Program-made: the position numbers and the translations under genes | Notes under the pieces: generated by a model | What the model saw: only the letters and a program-made list of their open reading frames with translations | Told to the model about the DNA's origin: nothing | Databases searched by the model: none | In this document: positions 61,501 through 64,000 of the stretch, one piece after another | Numbering within the stretch: position 1 is the first letter of the stretch | Layout: the number at the start of each line of letters is the position of its first letter | NCBI GenBank assembly: GCA_000708835.1 | Contig: DF237107.1 | Span: forward strand, 101,479 to 165,478 | DNA length: 64,000 nt | Direction of reading: 5' to 3' | Source: Klebsormidium nitens | Lineage: Eukaryota; Plantae; Klebsormidiophyceae

Positions 61501-62257
61501 ATTCCTGGCTCGGTGATATGCCTATCCGAAAGTTTCAAGCGGCGAATCACCTCTCGGAACCGCTATGTTTGCTCTTGTCCACACGTCCACAGCCGTTGTC
61601 AACGTGACCGGGTTTGCTGTGATCGAAACCTTTTTAAGAAGTCGGAAGATAGCTTCCCAGAAGCCTCTCCTCTGTCATCCGAGGGCTGAGACCAGTTGAG
61701 TCTCTTCCAATCTTTGCCATCCCCAGAACTATCTGCGGCTCACAATCATATATCGTGCTTCGGCCATCTTTCTCTCCTCGACATCCTGTTCCCAATGCTC
61801 AGAACTGAATGGACAGTATTCCGACTCTTGCAGGGGGAAGAATACGATTCATTGATTGCACGTCCGTCTTCTCAGAGGGAGACGGCGTTAAAAACGAACT
61901 TTTTCTGGTGAGTGGGAACAAAACCTGAGATCGCCCGCTACAAGTCGTGCGCTAGTGTCAATTCTGCTTGGCACGAAATCAGATTGCGTTCAAGCAGAAA
62001 GCCTTAATTGCTCGAAGACGATCTCGTCCAGTTTGCGCAGGTCTTTCATTCCAGTCGTGTCTTCAAGAGCAGCCACCATCGGCATCTTCTTCTGCTTAGG
62101 ATTGTGAGAATTGCAAGCTTAACCTCAGTGTCCACGTCACCTTCTCCAGCCCGACTTTCTGCACCTGAACGGGGACGGTTACCGACGGTGGGCGCTTTGC
62201 TTCAAGGACGACGTGCGAAAACTGTTGAAAAAGCATAGCAGAAGACGATTACGATAG
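58561..62257 (+). CDS. SGNH/GDSL hydrolase (PAF-acetylhydrolase Ib-like) with N-terminal membrane anchor; join(58561..58857,59404..59456,59659..59755,60334..60432,60818..60892,61360..61432,61834..61907,62150..62257), ~291 aa
   Basis: Block I LGDSITE, block II FGIAGDRVLHLLWR, block III CIGVND, block V PDFLHLNGDGY. An alternative in-frame ATG lies at 58423. Confidence 0.88.
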
Positions 62258-63521
62258 AAAGCCAGGTTAAGGTTACCATTTTCCCGTAAATCAGTCTTCG
62301 ATGTTGGCGTTCAATAAGGCTCGTCTCGACCAGCTTCAAGCATCATTCATTCTATACTCTGCAAGAGCTTCCCGGTTTGGGTGTGCTCTTGAAGCGGCAC
62401 TGGAGCAATCATGGAGTCGTCTGAGGGTCGACGTCAGCAACACCGCAATCAAGTCAACATGCGTTGCTTCTTGAGTGGTTGCTCAATTCAAAGCCCGCCG
62501 CATGGTTGAATACCAAACACACGAAAAGCAAGTATGTCACCTAGCCTCCTTAGATCAGCGCCTGGCTCCTGTGCGCTTGGCCGCTTAGCGCGTCTTCACT
62601 CATGATGCCTAGTTTCTATACGATTGATCATGTACTTAGAAACGTCACTGGCACGTTATGCGGGCAGCTTGTTGGTCGTACGCGTTCTACTTGGGTTCGA
62701 CTCTACTCCGCCCTTTTGTACTTTCATATGACATCCCATTTAGCGCGCGGCATCGTCGACGATCAATAAGTTGGAGGTGATAGGCGGACGGTCGTGCAAT
62801 TAACGATCGCGATGCGACTCGTTAGTATAATTATTTCACTAGTTGGTCAATGGCACGATGTAACCTGCATGGCGATAATAATTTCAATGATGCCACATGT
62901 GCATGCACTATAGCTACCGTACGTCCCTTAAACGCATCAAGCTTCAATCAACGTACGATCATATACTATAAGCGGGCTTTCAACTTGGCTCTTTAGCGCG
63001 AAGACTTTTCCAGGACACTATTTAATGATTTCGCCTATTCTCAGGCGCCTCCGACAACCCCCTTCACTTCGGTGGCGCGAAATCTTCCAACGTCAACTTC
63101 TTCGGAGATAGTACGATTGTTTAGGGATTTGTGGCTTAAGTTAGCAGCAGAAAAAGTTGCCTTGATGGTTCATGATGTCATGTCTACCACGCTACGTACC
63201 ATATCACCATATCTAGATGCATATAAGGATCAAACGTAGGGCTGGATTGATTGGAGAAATGACTGCATGAAGTTTTCGATCTTTGATCACGACTAGTAAG
63301 GGTCGGACAAAATCTTCCGTATTCTTGATCAGTATACATACAGCACTCTCTTGATTAATCCATAAAGGCCTGCCAAATATTCCATCAAAAGAATGACACG
63401 CGCCGAGGTAGACGGGATAAGGCCTGGATACAGGAGCTGAAATTGAACAGTATCATTAACTCTGTACGTGCACATGATCAATCGGACGTTTACAAAAACC
63501 TATTTCAGGAACTTCGCGTCC

Positions 63522-63701
63522 CTATTCCTTGGTGCTCAAGTCTATGCCGGGCACGCAGACCGTGGGATCCAGCTTGAGAAGCGTCGTTTCGCCATTGCTT
63601 GACGGCTGCGCCGCTTTGAAAGCGTCCGTTGCAGTGGCGTCCGTTTTGAGGGCGGCAATCAGCGCGCGCCGGGGGATCTGCGCGAGCGCGTTGGCGGCAG
63701 A
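63522..63701 (-). CDS. Probable terminal exon of an unidentified minus-strand gene extending beyond the window
   Basis: Acceptor-like ttcttcctgccag followed by 59 codons with many G/C third positions (SAANALAQIPRRALIAALKTD...GIDLSTKE*). No domain recognised. Confidence 0.4.
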   Translation of the reverse strand, partial: SAANALAQIPRRALIAALKTDATATDAFKAAQPSSNGETTLLKLDPTVCVPGIDLSTKE

Positions 63702-64000
63702 CTGGCAGGAAGAATTGAAACACGTTTCAGAGTCTGGTGGCCGATGGGTTTTCAAAAACCTGCGCACGATATGAAGGGCCGCTGGCGGGATTCTTCAAGT
63801 ACACGAAGTATCACATTCTTCTATGATATACATACAGAGCTAACTGCCTTTCGACAGAGATGCCAGTATCGAAGTAAACGATCTCGAGCCTCAGTTAGGG
63901 TGATCATGAGATCGAGGAGAAACGAAGAAGGAGACTTTTCACAGGACCATTTGACAGAATTCAGCACCGCTCACGGGACTGACGGGGACGATGTTAGAAG

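Noticed and set aside
62649-62718. A-box/B-box-like motifs (TGGCACG...GGTTCGACTC) followed by TTTT
   Set aside because: The T-stem and acceptor stem do not pair, so no cloverleaf can be formed.
63529-63774. Plus-strand ORF considered as the last SGNH exon
   Set aside because: The required DxxH exon is at 62150..62257 and ends in a stop; codon bias here favours the minus strand.
1-64000. CRISPR arrays, rRNA, snRNA, autonomous transposase or reverse transcriptase genes
   Set aside because: None recognised on either strand.

Overview
Eukaryotic, intron-rich nuclear DNA with GC-rich exons and GT-AG introns. Plant-type genes combined with a fungal-type antiporter suggest a streptophyte green alga such as Klebsormidium (inference only). 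I hand-assembled ten multi-exon genes, each giving a continuous reading frame: an organellar MutS2-like ATPase (+), a COMT-like O-methyltransferase (+), a UIM + RING-H2 E3 ligase (-, fragmented in the ORF track), two paralogous Nha1/Sod2-like Na+/H+ antiporters (+) flanking a MUR3-like GT47 glycosyltransferase (-), a secreted alpha-carbonic anhydrase (+), DDRGK1 (-), folylpolyglutamate synthase (-) and an SGNH hydrolase (+). The window also holds an intron-containing tRNA-Lys(CTT), a ~695-bp foldback MITE with a TGTAAC array, and a probable last exon of a gene running off the right edge. The most striking unexplained pattern is a set of diverged ~110-210-bp tandem duplications spanning splice sites. 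They affect 6 exons (7 exon ends) in 4 genes and leave pseudo-acceptors, a stop-containing pseudo-exon and one apparently newborn in-frame 33-nt exon. All exon coordinates were read by eye and are not confirmed by transcripts.
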